Part shown: positions 16,946-25,531 of the stretch, piece after piece
Position numbering within the stretch: position 1 is the first letter of the stretch
Layout: every line of letters starts with the position of its first letter
IMG/VR virus record: IMGVR_UViG_3300025637_000004
Origin: a virus
Reading direction: 5' to 3' (one strand)
DNA: 37,232 nt
The notes under the pieces: model-generated
Told to the model about the DNA's origin: nothing
The model's database searches: none
Seen by the model: the letters and a program-made list of their open reading frames with translations, nothing else
Made by a program: the position numbers and the translations under genes

Positions 16946-18124
16946 TTAGGCTTGAGTTAATGCTTTTAGGCCAGCAGAGTTTGTAACTTTACCCTCTGTG
17001 CGCTTGTACATTCTGAAGCCGATTTGCCCATTTGCGGCATAAAGCTCATTAAGGCGCTGAATTACTGAGCCAGTTCGATCAGCAATAGTATAATTACGCA
17101 TATCACCAAAAATTACTGAACGTTGACCAGTAGTTGCAGCTGGCATTGCTTCAGAACAAACGACAGGGCGGCCCAGTATCAAATCTGGCTGGCCTGCTTG
17201 CAGACCTTGTTGCCACAAGTACTGACCGTCGGAGTCCTTGAGCTTTCTAACCATTTTCGCTGTTGAGTCATTAATCAAGAAAACAGCGTTGGCGCGATAA
17301 GGGCGCGTTAAACTGTGATAAAGATCAATAAGCTCGTCAGAGGTAATCGCGGCTGCTCCTGACGCAGTAATTCCGGCCGAAGCACCATAAACAATACCGG
17401 ACGGCTTGCCAGAACCATTACCAGCAACAAAGGCTAATTCTTCAGCAGTACCGAAGGTCTCACCAAAGTTTGCCGCCAGATAACCTTCAACATTAAAAAA
17501 AGCATCCTGAAGTAATTCTTCGGAGACTTTAATAATTCGAGATAGCTTGTGCGCGCCCAAAACCAGTGTTCCAAAAGCAGCGTCGCTTTCAGTGTACGCG
17601 GCTTCTTCTGCTGTCCAAGTTGCAACGCCTTTACTAGCTTCAACCGGAATATTTCGATCCGAAGCTGTAGTAATTACATTGGCATACTGTCGAATTTCGT
17701 TATAGTCCAAAAGCGTTTGGATTAACTGCGTATCGAATTCTTCAGGAACAATATAACCACCTTCGGAATCAGTGCCGACCTGTAAAGCGTTTAAAACTGA
17801 CGCGTCGAGGACAGATTTACCTTTTCGAGCGTAGCTATTAAAGCTGTTAGCATAATCTTCGGTGCTGTAAGGATTAACAAACTTCGATCCTACGCTAGCT
17901 CTAACTGGCTCGCTTGATATATGCGCGGAAGCACTAAAAAGCTCTTCAGTCTTTGCCATGCGGTCAGATCGATTTTTTAGCTCGATCTGGTCTTTATCCA
18001 TCGCGTCAAACTTAGTTTGTTCTTCGCTTGAAAAATCCCGCCCTTCTTTTTCTACAGAATCGTTCAGGTGCTTCATTTGTGCGACAACTTCGCCGCGTTT
18101 TTGCAAAATATCGTTGATATCCAT
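16946..18124 (-). CDS. Major capsid protein, HK97 family (with N-terminal delta/scaffold domain)
   Basis: 392 aa. Coiled-coil N-terminus, then motifs ..SEGGYIVPEEF.., ..VAGNGSGKPSGIV.. and a C-terminus typical of PF05065-type capsids. It follows a ClpP-like protease and a portal gene. Confidence 0.92.
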   Translation of the reverse strand: MDINDILQKRGEVVAQMKHLNDSVEKEGRDFSSEEQTKFDAMDKDQIELKNRSDRMAKTEELFSASAHISSEPVRASVGSKFVNPYSTEDYANSFNSYARKGKSVLDASVLNALQVGTDSEGGYIVPEEFDTQLIQTLLDYNEIRQYANVITTASDRNIPVEASKGVATWTAEEAAYTESDAAFGTLVLGAHKLSRIIKVSEELLQDAFFNVEGYLAANFGETFGTAEELAFVAGNGSGKPSGIVYGASAGITASGAAAITSDELIDLYHSLTRPYRANAVFLINDSTAKMVRKLKDSDGQYLWQQGLQAGQPDLILGRPVVCSEAMPAATTGQRSVIFGDMRNYTIADRTGSVIQRLNELYAANGQIGFRMYKRTEGKVTNSAGLKALTQA

Positions 18125-18148
18125 AATAATTACTCGTTTAATAGACGT

Positions 18149-18169
18149 AAAAAAACCGCCTAAGCGGTT
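18149..18169 (-). terminator. Intrinsic terminator (minus strand) in the protease-capsid gap
   Basis: Minus strand: AACCGC-TTAG-GCGGTT followed by TTTTT (plus-strand A-run 18149-18155). Confidence 0.6.
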
Positions 18170-18191
18170 ATCGATTTACATTTTTTGGTCG

Positions 18192-18214
18192 AAAAAAAAC
18201 CGCAATTAAGCGGT
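18192..18214 (-). terminator. Second intrinsic terminator (minus strand) in the protease-capsid gap
   Basis: Minus strand: ACCGC-TTAATT-GCGGT followed by T8 (plus-strand A-run 18192-18199). Confidence 0.6.
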
Positions 18215-18314
18215 CAGTTTGTGCATCGTCGCGGCTGCTAAAATGCTAAGGCGGCTGCCTTATTCTTTAGGGTAAATTAACACTGCATTTTGAGCATTTA
18301 ACTCACCCTGTTAT

Positions 18315-19004
18315 TCAAATATCACCTTTGAACGATGTTTCGCGTTCAAGAATAGAGATTTTGCGCTTGTTGGCTGCTAGTCTCCATGCCGTTTCTGTCG
18401 CAATAATATCTTCGGTGATTTCTTCTTCTATTTCTGGAATCGTGGCCAAATCGCTAGGCTTTGGCGCGTTTTTTATCCAAGGTTTTGCAGTGTTAGATAT
18501 AGACTTCGTTGCTTCTGCGGTTATCGTTGCAAATCCCTGCCCTATCGCTTCGCTGGAGTTTAGCCATGTTTCTTCTTTCATCATTGACGATATTGTCTCT
18601 GAATCAATGCCCGTTTTATTCTTATAAGTGGTTACGATGGAGTCTTTAATTTTATCGAGCAGAGAAGCAGTAGCCCGCATATCTTCGGCATCACCGAGGG
18701 CCATTGTCCAAGGATCATGTATCATCATCAGCGAGTTTTCAGCCATAACAACCTCATCACCAGCCATCGCGATAACTGAAGCAGCAGATGCCGCTAAACC
18801 GTCAATTATTACTTTTGTTTTCCCCTCATGCTGAGTCAGCAGGTTATAAATTGCGAAACCTTCAAAAACATCGCCACCACCGCTGTTAATTCTAACGGTA
18901 ACATCGCCTTTAAACTCTTCTAGCTGAGATTTTATAACGCTTGCTGTCGCTCCATCACCGGCATAGTTTTCACCGATATCGCTATATATCAATATTTCAT
19001 TCAT
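18315..19004 (-). CDS. ClpP-like (S14) prohead serine protease
   Basis: INSGGGDVFEGFAIYNLL....IDGLAASAASVIAMAGD...MAENSLMMIHDPW matches the ClpP/S14 fold signature. Confidence 0.9.
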   Translation of the reverse strand: MNEILIYSDIGENYAGDGATASVIKSQLEEFKGDVTVRINSGGGDVFEGFAIYNLLTQHEGKTKVIIDGLAASAASVIAMAGDEVVMAENSLMMIHDPWTMALGDAEDMRATASLLDKIKDSIVTTYKNKTGIDSETISSMMKEETWLNSSEAIGQGFATITAEATKSISNTAKPWIKNAPKPSDLATIPEIEEEITEDIIATETAWRLAANKRKISILERETSFKGDI

Positions 19005-20478
19005 AAATTACGCCTTTAATTTGTTGTTTTGCGTTACGCTGTACGTCTTGCATTGCAAACGCTGGGTCAGCCTCAAAATCTGATATTCTTTTATCAATAT
19101 AATTTCTGAATTTATCCGGGCTTGTAGCCATGTTTTCCGACAAATTTTCCTTATGGCGGAGATAGAATGAAGGAAGCCAATTCATAAATTCGGAAGGAGT
19201 CATTCTATCGGCTTCAAGCTGCAGCGCCTTTATTTCCTTGCTAGCCATATTCATAGCCGCGCTATCTGTCAATGATTGCTCCCGCTCTGATTGACTTGCC
19301 ATATTAAGCGGAAGAATAAACTCATCGAGTCCTTCAATACTCGGAAGATTCTCTTTGGCTCTGGCTTCGTTACGATTAATCCAGCCATCAGTGATGCCTT
19401 TGCCGTAAGCCTCATATCGCGTTGCTGTATCGCCGCGTAAAAGCCCCTCTACGGTGTGCGAGGCGTATAGACGCTGCTTCTCTGACTGCGTGAGTAAATC
19501 GCGCCAAATCGTCTGCTCCAGCCTTACTAGCCAAGGCCGGATAGTGTGAACAACAAAATCTATTGATTGATGCTCAATGTTAGAAAAAGTTGCTGCTGAT
19601 AGCTCTGCAAGCATGTGCGGAGGGACTCGATACCAACGAGCAATTTCTGTTATTTGAAATTTTCGAGACTCTATAAATTGCGAATCTCTAGCGGTCATGC
19701 CTACAGCACTATAAGACATTCCAGACTCTAAAATTAAAGGCTTTCCAGAATTCTTTGTACCTTGATAATGCTCTGCAAATTGATTGCGCAGGTTTTCTAT
19801 CTGCTCTGGGGTTAATGTTTTTTCAAATTCTAACGTCCCGCTGGTCTGAGCACCGTTGGCGTACATATAATTTGCAAGAGATTCCGTAGCAAGTGCGGCA
19901 CCAACTCCCTCGCGAGCTAACGATATAGGCGAAAGTCCTGTAACTCCGTTGCTACCCAGGCCGGCAACCCTCCAAATGTCTTTGGTTTTAAAATTGTTAG
20001 CATTGCCCCCTTCTTGATAATCAAATACCAGCTGTCCTTTGCTATCTCGATCAATATTCATATATCGAGAATTTAACGGGTTGATCTGAACAACAACACC
20101 ATTTCGGCGTATTAACTGTGAATATGCGTTACCTCTAAGACCTAAATTAGTCATAATGAACTCACGCAATTCAAACGCAGTTTGTTCACCATTTGAAGAA
20201 TTACCAAGCAACGCATTTAGTGGGTGCGACGCTATCTGTCTATTACCTTTTGCGTCCGACTCATAGATTTTTAAGGGCAAGCTAGCGATAGTTTCAGCTA
20301 AAATTCTGACGCAGCCGTAAACTGCAGAAACACTCATTGCAGAATCAGGGGTAACTGCCACACCAGCAGCCGTATTGTTTTGCGTGAATAGCGTTTGCCG
20401 CCACCACTCAGGTTCTTTTAGTGTAGCGTTTTGAAACCCGCTCGGCCCGCTGACCAAATCTTTTAGTAAATTTATCAC
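18997..20478 (-). CDS. Portal protein, HK97 family
   Basis: 493 aa. Motifs ..AVYGCVRILAETIASLPL.., ..GLRGNAY.., ..FQITEIARWYRVPPHML.. are typical of PF04860 portals. Confidence 0.92.
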   Translation of the reverse strand: MINLLKDLVSGPSGFQNATLKEPEWWRQTLFTQNNTAAGVAVTPDSAMSVSAVYGCVRILAETIASLPLKIYESDAKGNRQIASHPLNALLGNSSNGEQTAFELREFIMTNLGLRGNAYSQLIRRNGVVVQINPLNSRYMNIDRDSKGQLVFDYQEGGNANNFKTKDIWRVAGLGSNGVTGLSPISLAREGVGAALATESLANYMYANGAQTSGTLEFEKTLTPEQIENLRNQFAEHYQGTKNSGKPLILESGMSYSAVGMTARDSQFIESRKFQITEIARWYRVPPHMLAELSAATFSNIEHQSIDFVVHTIRPWLVRLEQTIWRDLLTQSEKQRLYASHTVEGLLRGDTATRYEAYGKGITDGWINRNEARAKENLPSIEGLDEFILPLNMASQSEREQSLTDSAAMNMASKEIKALQLEADRMTPSEFMNWLPSFYLRHKENLSENMATSPDKFRNYIDKRISDFEADPAFAMQDVQRNAKQQIKGVIYE

Positions 20479-22142
20479 AATGTTATAAATCCTCTTTCTA
20501 AATACGCATGGCCATCGTCAGCTTCTACTCTAATTATTCTCGATAGAGCAGTAATTAATGCAACAATGCCATCTATTTTGTTATCGGCTCGCTCTTTGCG
20601 CGGGAATACATTTTCATTTCTATCGGGCTCGCATGTGACATTTGAAGCCATCCAATTCAATACAGGGTTATCGCCATGATGAATTTTACCAGCCATTACC
20701 AAAGCTTCTAACTCCTTCATTGCTTCCGACATATTTTTTACAGTTTGCGGAACTTCTATCATTGGTGCTCCATCGCCTAATAAATGATTGGCCATTTGAA
20801 CACTTCCCCACGGGTCAAAAGCTACTTCTTGAACGTTATACTCACTTAAAAGCTCTCTAATATCTTCCTCGATAGTTTCGTGATCAATAATATTACCCGG
20901 CGTTGTTATTAAAAAACCGCTCTCTGCCCATAATTGGTACATAACTCCGATAGTTTTAGACTTAGCGGAAATATTATCTTCGGGAATATAAAAGCGACTT
21001 TTAACATGATAGTCTTTGCCGTCCTTGAAAACGCATACCACAGCTGCAATATCTAATTTGTTAGCCAAATCAATTCCAATCCAACAAGGCATTATTTGCA
21101 ACGATTCATCACTTGCAATTCGTGGCGCTCGCTCCCAGAACTCCATGTTCAACCAAACGCTAGCGGTTGTTACCCACCGATTTAATCGCTTAGTTAAAAA
21201 ATTATTCTTAGCTGTTGTTTGCTCTTTTGCTTTTAGGGCGAGTCTTCTAATATCGTCCCACTTCACCGATACCCCGATATTAGGGTTAGCTTTAATCCAT
21301 TTAGATTCATCAAGCCAATCGTCTTCGTCGTCTAGCGTGTAAATTACCCCAAAGTAACTTTCATCAGAAGCAAGGCTTCCAAGTATCTTTGTAACGTAAT
21401 CGCGCTGTTCATAGCAAATACCCTGCTGATTGCTTCCTGCTGTAGTAATTGCAACAATCATTGGCTGCCGTCTTGCCCCAGTTGCGGTTTCTAGGACGTC
21501 CCAGACCTCTCTTGTTTTGTGAGCATGTAACTCATCAACAACCGCGCCAGATATATTTAACCCGTCCAAAGAATTTGCGTCAGCAGATAACGGTTCAAAC
21601 TTTGAATAACTAGACTTATTGTGAATATTATTCCTATGAACGCCAAAGGATCTGCGTAATTCAGGAGATTTGTTGATCATCTCTGAAGCGTCATTGAATA
21701 CGATTTTCGCCTGATCTTTTTTAGTCGCTGCGCTGTAAACCTCTGCTCCGGGTTCTGAATCGAAGCCGGTCAAAAATAAAGCTATACCACTCGATAAAGT
21801 AGACTTCGCATTCTTTCGAGCAACTTCTATATAAGCCGTTCTGAATCTGCGTAGGTTATCTTTTACCTGATACCAACCAAAAAGGTTAATTAATATAAAA
21901 GCTTGCCAAGGCTCAATTTCAACAGTCTGACCTGCGAGCTCACCCTTAACGTGTTTTATAAAAATATCGTAAAAATCTAAGATTCTTTGGGCTTCTAGCT
22001 GATCAAAATACAATCCTTTTGCTTCTGCATTTTCTAAGTCATCAATAAAACGTTCACACGCTTGCTTAACTAATCGACCAGCCACAACTTCGCCCGCAAT
22101 TACTTGGTCTGCATAGCGTAGCGCGTCCTGAATTTGTGCCAA
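20475..22142 (-). CDS. terL: Terminase large subunit
   Basis: 555 aa. Walker-A-like ..YIEVARKNAKST.., DELH Walker B (VVDELHAH) and a C-terminal RNaseH-like nuclease region. It follows terS. Confidence 0.92.
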   Translation of the reverse strand: MAQIQDALRYADQVIAGEVVAGRLVKQACERFIDDLENAEAKGLYFDQLEAQRILDFYDIFIKHVKGELAGQTVEIEPWQAFILINLFGWYQVKDNLRRFRTAYIEVARKNAKSTLSSGIALFLTGFDSEPGAEVYSAATKKDQAKIVFNDASEMINKSPELRRSFGVHRNNIHNKSSYSKFEPLSADANSLDGLNISGAVVDELHAHKTREVWDVLETATGARRQPMIVAITTAGSNQQGICYEQRDYVTKILGSLASDESYFGVIYTLDDEDDWLDESKWIKANPNIGVSVKWDDIRRLALKAKEQTTAKNNFLTKRLNRWVTTASVWLNMEFWERAPRIASDESLQIMPCWIGIDLANKLDIAAVVCVFKDGKDYHVKSRFYIPEDNISAKSKTIGVMYQLWAESGFLITTPGNIIDHETIEEDIRELLSEYNVQEVAFDPWGSVQMANHLLGDGAPMIEVPQTVKNMSEAMKELEALVMAGKIHHGDNPVLNWMASNVTCEPDRNENVFPRKERADNKIDGIVALITALSRIIRVEADDGHAYLERGFITL

Positions 22143-22613
22143 TTATTTCTTTTTATTGCCCTTCATAAATGCAGATGCCGCGTCCTCTTCTTCTGGCGCT
22201 ACAGTGCTAACTTTAGTACGACTAGAAGGCGTCATGCCAAACTCAACAAGCAAAGCTTTCATCTGATCAAAAGATTTATTGCTGATTTGAAGGTACGGAG
22301 ATTGAACCGGGAAACCAGACGGAGCTTTTATAACTGGGCCATACTTCGCTAGACTTTGATTTGCAGTCTGCCATCGCGCAAAAACTTCGCAGTACATCGC
22401 TAATGCATGAGTATCAAGATTAGTTAATACCTCAGCCTCTCTAAGCTGTTTTGAAACTATGGCCCAACATTTCTTAGCTCCATCACTTAAATGATCAGGC
22501 ATTTTAATCGCGTCGGCCTTTGGTTTAGCTTCGTTTTTAATCATCCTGCTCGGTTGTGCGGTTCCGGTGAGCAGCTTTAGTGCTGTGGGTTTGGGCTTTC
22601 TTCCTGCGGCCAT
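22143..22613 (-). CDS. terS: Terminase small subunit, P27 family
   Basis: The N-terminus MAAGRKPKPTALKLLTGTAQPSR and overall size match the P27-family small terminase. Confidence 0.85.
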   Translation of the reverse strand: MAAGRKPKPTALKLLTGTAQPSRMIKNEAKPKADAIKMPDHLSDGAKKCWAIVSKQLREAEVLTNLDTHALAMYCEVFARWQTANQSLAKYGPVIKAPSGFPVQSPYLQISNKSFDQMKALLVEFGMTPSSRTKVSTVAPEEEDAASAFMKGNKKK

Positions 22614-23365
22614 TACGCTGCCCCTTCGTTTATTTGGAGCGTGCGGGTCGGCGTCACACCGCCGCTGTGCTGCTGGTCGCAGCCATCGCTTAACTTCACA
22701 CGCTTTAAACCTTTGTACATTCCTGCGCCCATATCTTCAATTTTGGAGAATGGCAAAATAGGAACCGTTAATTTTTCTTGGTATGATTTATCGATGAAAT
22801 AAACATACCTAAGTTGAAACCCTGGAAGCAGCTTGGCCCCGGAATCCATAGCAATGCGGCTTCCAAACTTACCTCCGGAGGAATTGTTAGGATTATCTAG
22901 CGATTTCTTTGCAACTATTTTTCCATTCGGCATCTTGAGCATTTGTGTGTTTTTCTTAATTCCTGTTAAGCAGAAACCACTCGCCCGATATATTGTTCCG
23001 TCTCCACATTGCGCCCCATCGCTAAAACTAATAATCCACTTTATATTATTGTATCTTTTTTTAATCAATCTCATCGCAAACCCAATAGCGCGAGATTCGC
23101 TGTATTTTGGTAGCGCCTCACTGAATGCCATTCGATTCAATTCCATAAAATCATTCCAGAGCGTCCCATCAACCAATTTTGATGTTTTTCGAATATCAAT
23201 ACTAACTCCGAACTGCATAGCCCCCTCTAGTTTCCCATTAAGAAAAACTCCCAGGTGAAGACGGCTATTGTTTACAATCTTCCCGCTATAGTGAATTTTC
23301 TTGATAACCGCGTTCGCTGCGGCTGCGGTGATCGGCTTAATAATAATATCTTTTGCGCTAGGCAT
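22613..23365 (-). CDS. Mom-like GNAT-fold protein (putative DNA base-modification enzyme)
   Basis: Motif series IKKIHYSGK..LGVF..G.LEGAMQFG...ELNRMAF...P.YSESRAIG...IISFSD...GDGTIYRASGF..TG....RYVYF. This matches the phage family that RefSeq labels as Mom family adenine methylcarbamoylation protein (from memory; not searched). Confidence 0.5.
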   Translation of the reverse strand: MPSAKDIIIKPITAAAANAVIKKIHYSGKIVNNSRLHLGVFLNGKLEGAMQFGVSIDIRKTSKLVDGTLWNDFMELNRMAFSEALPKYSESRAIGFAMRLIKKRYNNIKWIISFSDGAQCGDGTIYRASGFCLTGIKKNTQMLKMPNGKIVAKKSLDNPNNSSGGKFGSRIAMDSGAKLLPGFQLRYVYFIDKSYQEKLTVPILPFSKIEDMGAGMYKGLKRVKLSDGCDQQHSGGVTPTRTLQINEGAA

Positions 23366-23981
23366 TTTGCGACTCTAACCACTGATTACAGATAAAAGAT
23401 ATTGCGTTACCGTTGCTGTTATCATTTATCCCAGTGTCTGAAATTGGGTTTGTCCTGGCCAATGTTACAGCTTCCTCAACATTTTGCGCTTGTTCATCGT
23501 GGAGGGTAAACGTTCGTTGCTGGAATGGATCTCGCCCGCCGTCGGGTAATTCAGGAAGACCCGTTTCAATATCAACTAGCTTACTAATAACGTCCTCGTC
23601 AAACCCCAGGAGCTCCAAATCAAAATCAAATTCTTTCAGGCTGTCAACTTCCAGCCTTAGCGCATCCAAATCCCAACCAGCATTGAGCGCCAATTGGTTG
23701 TCAGCGATCACGTACGCTTTTCGCTGTGACTCCGACATATGCGAAAGGTTAATAGTGGGAACTGAACCCAGCCCCAGTTTCTTCGCAGCCAATAAACGCC
23801 CATGCCCTGCAATGATTCCATTATCACCATCAACAAGAATTGGGTTCGTAAATCCAAACTCCTTAATGCTTGAAGCGACCTGCGTTACCTGTTCATCGCT
23901 GTGCGTTCTAGAGTTTCGAACGTAGGGAATCAAATCCGCTGTCGGCACATATTTAATGGTTAGTTCGTTATTATTTTCCAA
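23358..23981 (-). CDS. ParB/Srx-like N-terminal (nuclease) domain protein
   Basis: TTG start with SD GGGGG. The motif LIPYVRNSRTHSDEQVTQVASSIKEFGFTNPILVD..GIIAGHGRLLAAKKLG, followed by the linker GWDLDALRLEV..L.EFDFDLELLGFDEDVI, is the form seen in ParB-methylase fusions. Confidence 0.8.
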   Translation of the reverse strand: MENNNELTIKYVPTADLIPYVRNSRTHSDEQVTQVASSIKEFGFTNPILVDGDNGIIAGHGRLLAAKKLGLGSVPTINLSHMSESQRKAYVIADNQLALNAGWDLDALRLEVDSLKEFDFDLELLGFDEDVISKLVDIETGLPELPDGGRDPFQQRTFTLHDEQAQNVEEAVTLARTNPISDTGINDNSNGNAISFICNQWLESQNA

Positions 23982-24016
23982 AGTACCCCCTTGGTTAATT
24001 TTGCATTCGTGTACAT

Positions 24017-24041
24017 AAAATTTGGCGGACGGTAACGTCCG
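24017..24041 (-). terminator. Hairpin after the HNH gene (weak terminator or packaging-region structure)
   Basis: Minus strand: CGGACG-TTAC-CGTCCG, then CCAAATTTTAT. Confidence 0.35.
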
Positions 24042-24047
24042 TGTTAA

Positions 24048-24434
24048 CTATAGAGATTTGACCCGCCCCCGCCCTCGTCCAGTTTCTAGCTCTGTCTTCT
24101 CGCTGTGGCAAAGCGCGCATAGACTCTGCAAATTCGACTCGTCATCGGTTCCGCCTTCTGCTTTTGGAATGATATGGTCGACTTGATTGGCGGGTACTAT
24201 CTTGTTTAAATTCTTGCTGTGATTAACGCAGATAAAATTATCTCTGATTAATACAATATTTCTAAGCTTTCTCCAGGCGTAACCGTAGCCGCGCTGGTTG
24301 CTGTTGCCATGCTTGACTTGATGCCTGCCCCAACCTGTTTCGTTATCTTTATGCTGATTGCAGTATCTATTACCTGACTCTGCTACATGGTGGCAAACGC
24401 CGAATCCGCATACTTTGCCCGGACGCATCGGCAC
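24048..24434 (-). CDS. HNH endonuclease (terminase-associated type)
   Basis: ..RGYGYAWRKLRNIVLIRDNFICV...VDHIIPKAEGGTDDESNLQSLCALCHSEKT is a classic HNH motif. It lies upstream of a P27-type terS and an HK97-type portal. Confidence 0.88.
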   Translation of the reverse strand: MPMRPGKVCGFGVCHHVAESGNRYCNQHKDNETGWGRHQVKHGNSNQRGYGYAWRKLRNIVLIRDNFICVNHSKNLNKIVPANQVDHIIPKAEGGTDDESNLQSLCALCHSEKTELETGRGRGRVKSL

Positions 24435-24700
24435 TATTTATTAACAACGTTAATAGTTAAGGTGCGTTCATCAGTTCGGCCTGTCGCTGTTGTTATAGTG
24501 TTAACAGTGCTGTATGAATTGCCAATAAATCCACCCGAAAGCCAAACTGAAGTTGAGGTGGTAGTGTTGAAGTTATTTACTATTGTTATACCTGTAGTTG
24601 CTGACCAGTTACTAGCCGTAATCGTGTCGCCGGCTAGCCAATCTTCCCAATTGATAGAGTAATCCAAAATGGCATTTGGGTCTTTTTGAAACTTTTTCAT
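24434..24700 (-). CDS. Small beta-sandwich virion protein, fibre-to-tail adaptor-like
   Basis: Probable start is the ATG at 24700 (the track uses TTG at 24706). The pattern KDPNAILDYSINWEDWLAGDTITASNW....TSVWLSGG..GNSY.V.N.ITTATGRTDERTL.I recurs in phage proteins encoded beside fibre genes. Confidence 0.4.
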   Translation of the reverse strand: MKKFQKDPNAILDYSINWEDWLAGDTITASNWSATTGITIVNNFNTTTSTSVWLSGGFIGNSYSTVNTITTATGRTDERTLTINVVNK

Positions 24701-24801
24701 TACCAATTTTCCTTAGCTTTAGCTGCTCTATGTGCAGTAGCTACAACATCTAATGTATTTTCAATTGAAAGATTTTCAAACATCGCCGTACTTGTTTCAG
24801 T

Positions 24802-25185
24802 CTATACAGTGTATTCGCGTATTTCTTTGTTTACTTTAACTTCCCTGTTTTGAGAATTTATTCTTAAAGTACGCAATTCAAAGCTTGGTTTATAAAGTCG
24901 ATCTTCTGTTTGAACCGAAATTGCCCTTAGCTCAGTTAGTACGTTTAAAACTCGTGGAGATAGCCCAAGTGATACTAAGTTAGGGTTTTGATTGTTTAAA
25001 TGCTCCCAGAAATTTGTTCCGGGCTGGACAGGAAGAGCACTGTAATTAGTAACTAACTCCCACAAATTTCCCGGGGCAATACCTGAGTTTACTCTAGATT
25101 TTTGATTATTTAAGTGATCCCACAGGCTATTTCCAGACTCAACAGGAAGCGTGCTATTACTAGTTACTAGCTGCCACAGTGTCAT
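24802..25185 (-). CDS. Hypothetical protein with an internal 38-aa duplication
   Basis: LWQLVTSNSTLPVESGNSLWDHLNNQ (aa 3-28) against LWELVTNYSALPVQPGTNFWEHLNNQ (aa 41-66). It overlaps the upstream gene by 4 nt. Confidence 0.6.
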   Translation of the reverse strand: MTLWQLVTSNSTLPVESGNSLWDHLNNQKSRVNSGIAPGNLWELVTNYSALPVQPGTNFWEHLNNQNPNLVSLGLSPRVLNVLTELRAISVQTEDRLYKPSFELRTLRINSQNREVKVNKEIREYTV

Positions 25186-25514
25186 GGGTATGCTTCAGCA
25201 CCCAAGATCGCTGCCTTAGTTCCCTCTATGATGTCTGATTTGTCTTGAACAGTGACACCCGCTGAATAGATCTCAAGCGCGCCATCCCAATTGATTGTTC
25301 CTTGGTTTAAAAAAGTTGCGCCGTTAAAAAATCTAACGCTGTACAATCCTGCTGCAGCAGTAGGCATATCACCTATATAAATTGAAAGGGCACCTACCTC
25401 ACTACAACTTATTGACTCTGAAATAAGTACTCCCGCATTGTCATAAACATCAGCTGTAACAGTGAATCCTGTGTCCGTATCAGGATTTCCCAAATATTGT
25501 AATTCCCCTGACAT
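25182..25514 (-). CDS. Hypothetical protein of the fibre module
   Basis: 110 aa, coupled to neighbours inside the collagen-fibre cluster. No motif recognised. Confidence 0.5.
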   Translation of the reverse strand: MSGELQYLGNPDTDTGFTVTADVYDNAGVLISESISCSEVGALSIYIGDMPTAAAGLYSVRFFNGATFLNQGTINWDGALEIYSAGVTVQDKSDIIEGTKAAILGAEAYP

Positions 25515-25531
25515 TTACGCCACCTTTTAAA

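Noticed and set aside
18215-18260. Repeated GCGGCTGC motifs as a hairpin or terminator
   Set aside because: The two copies are direct, not inverted, so no stem can form. Only the two downstream ACCGC/GCGGT hairpins qualify.
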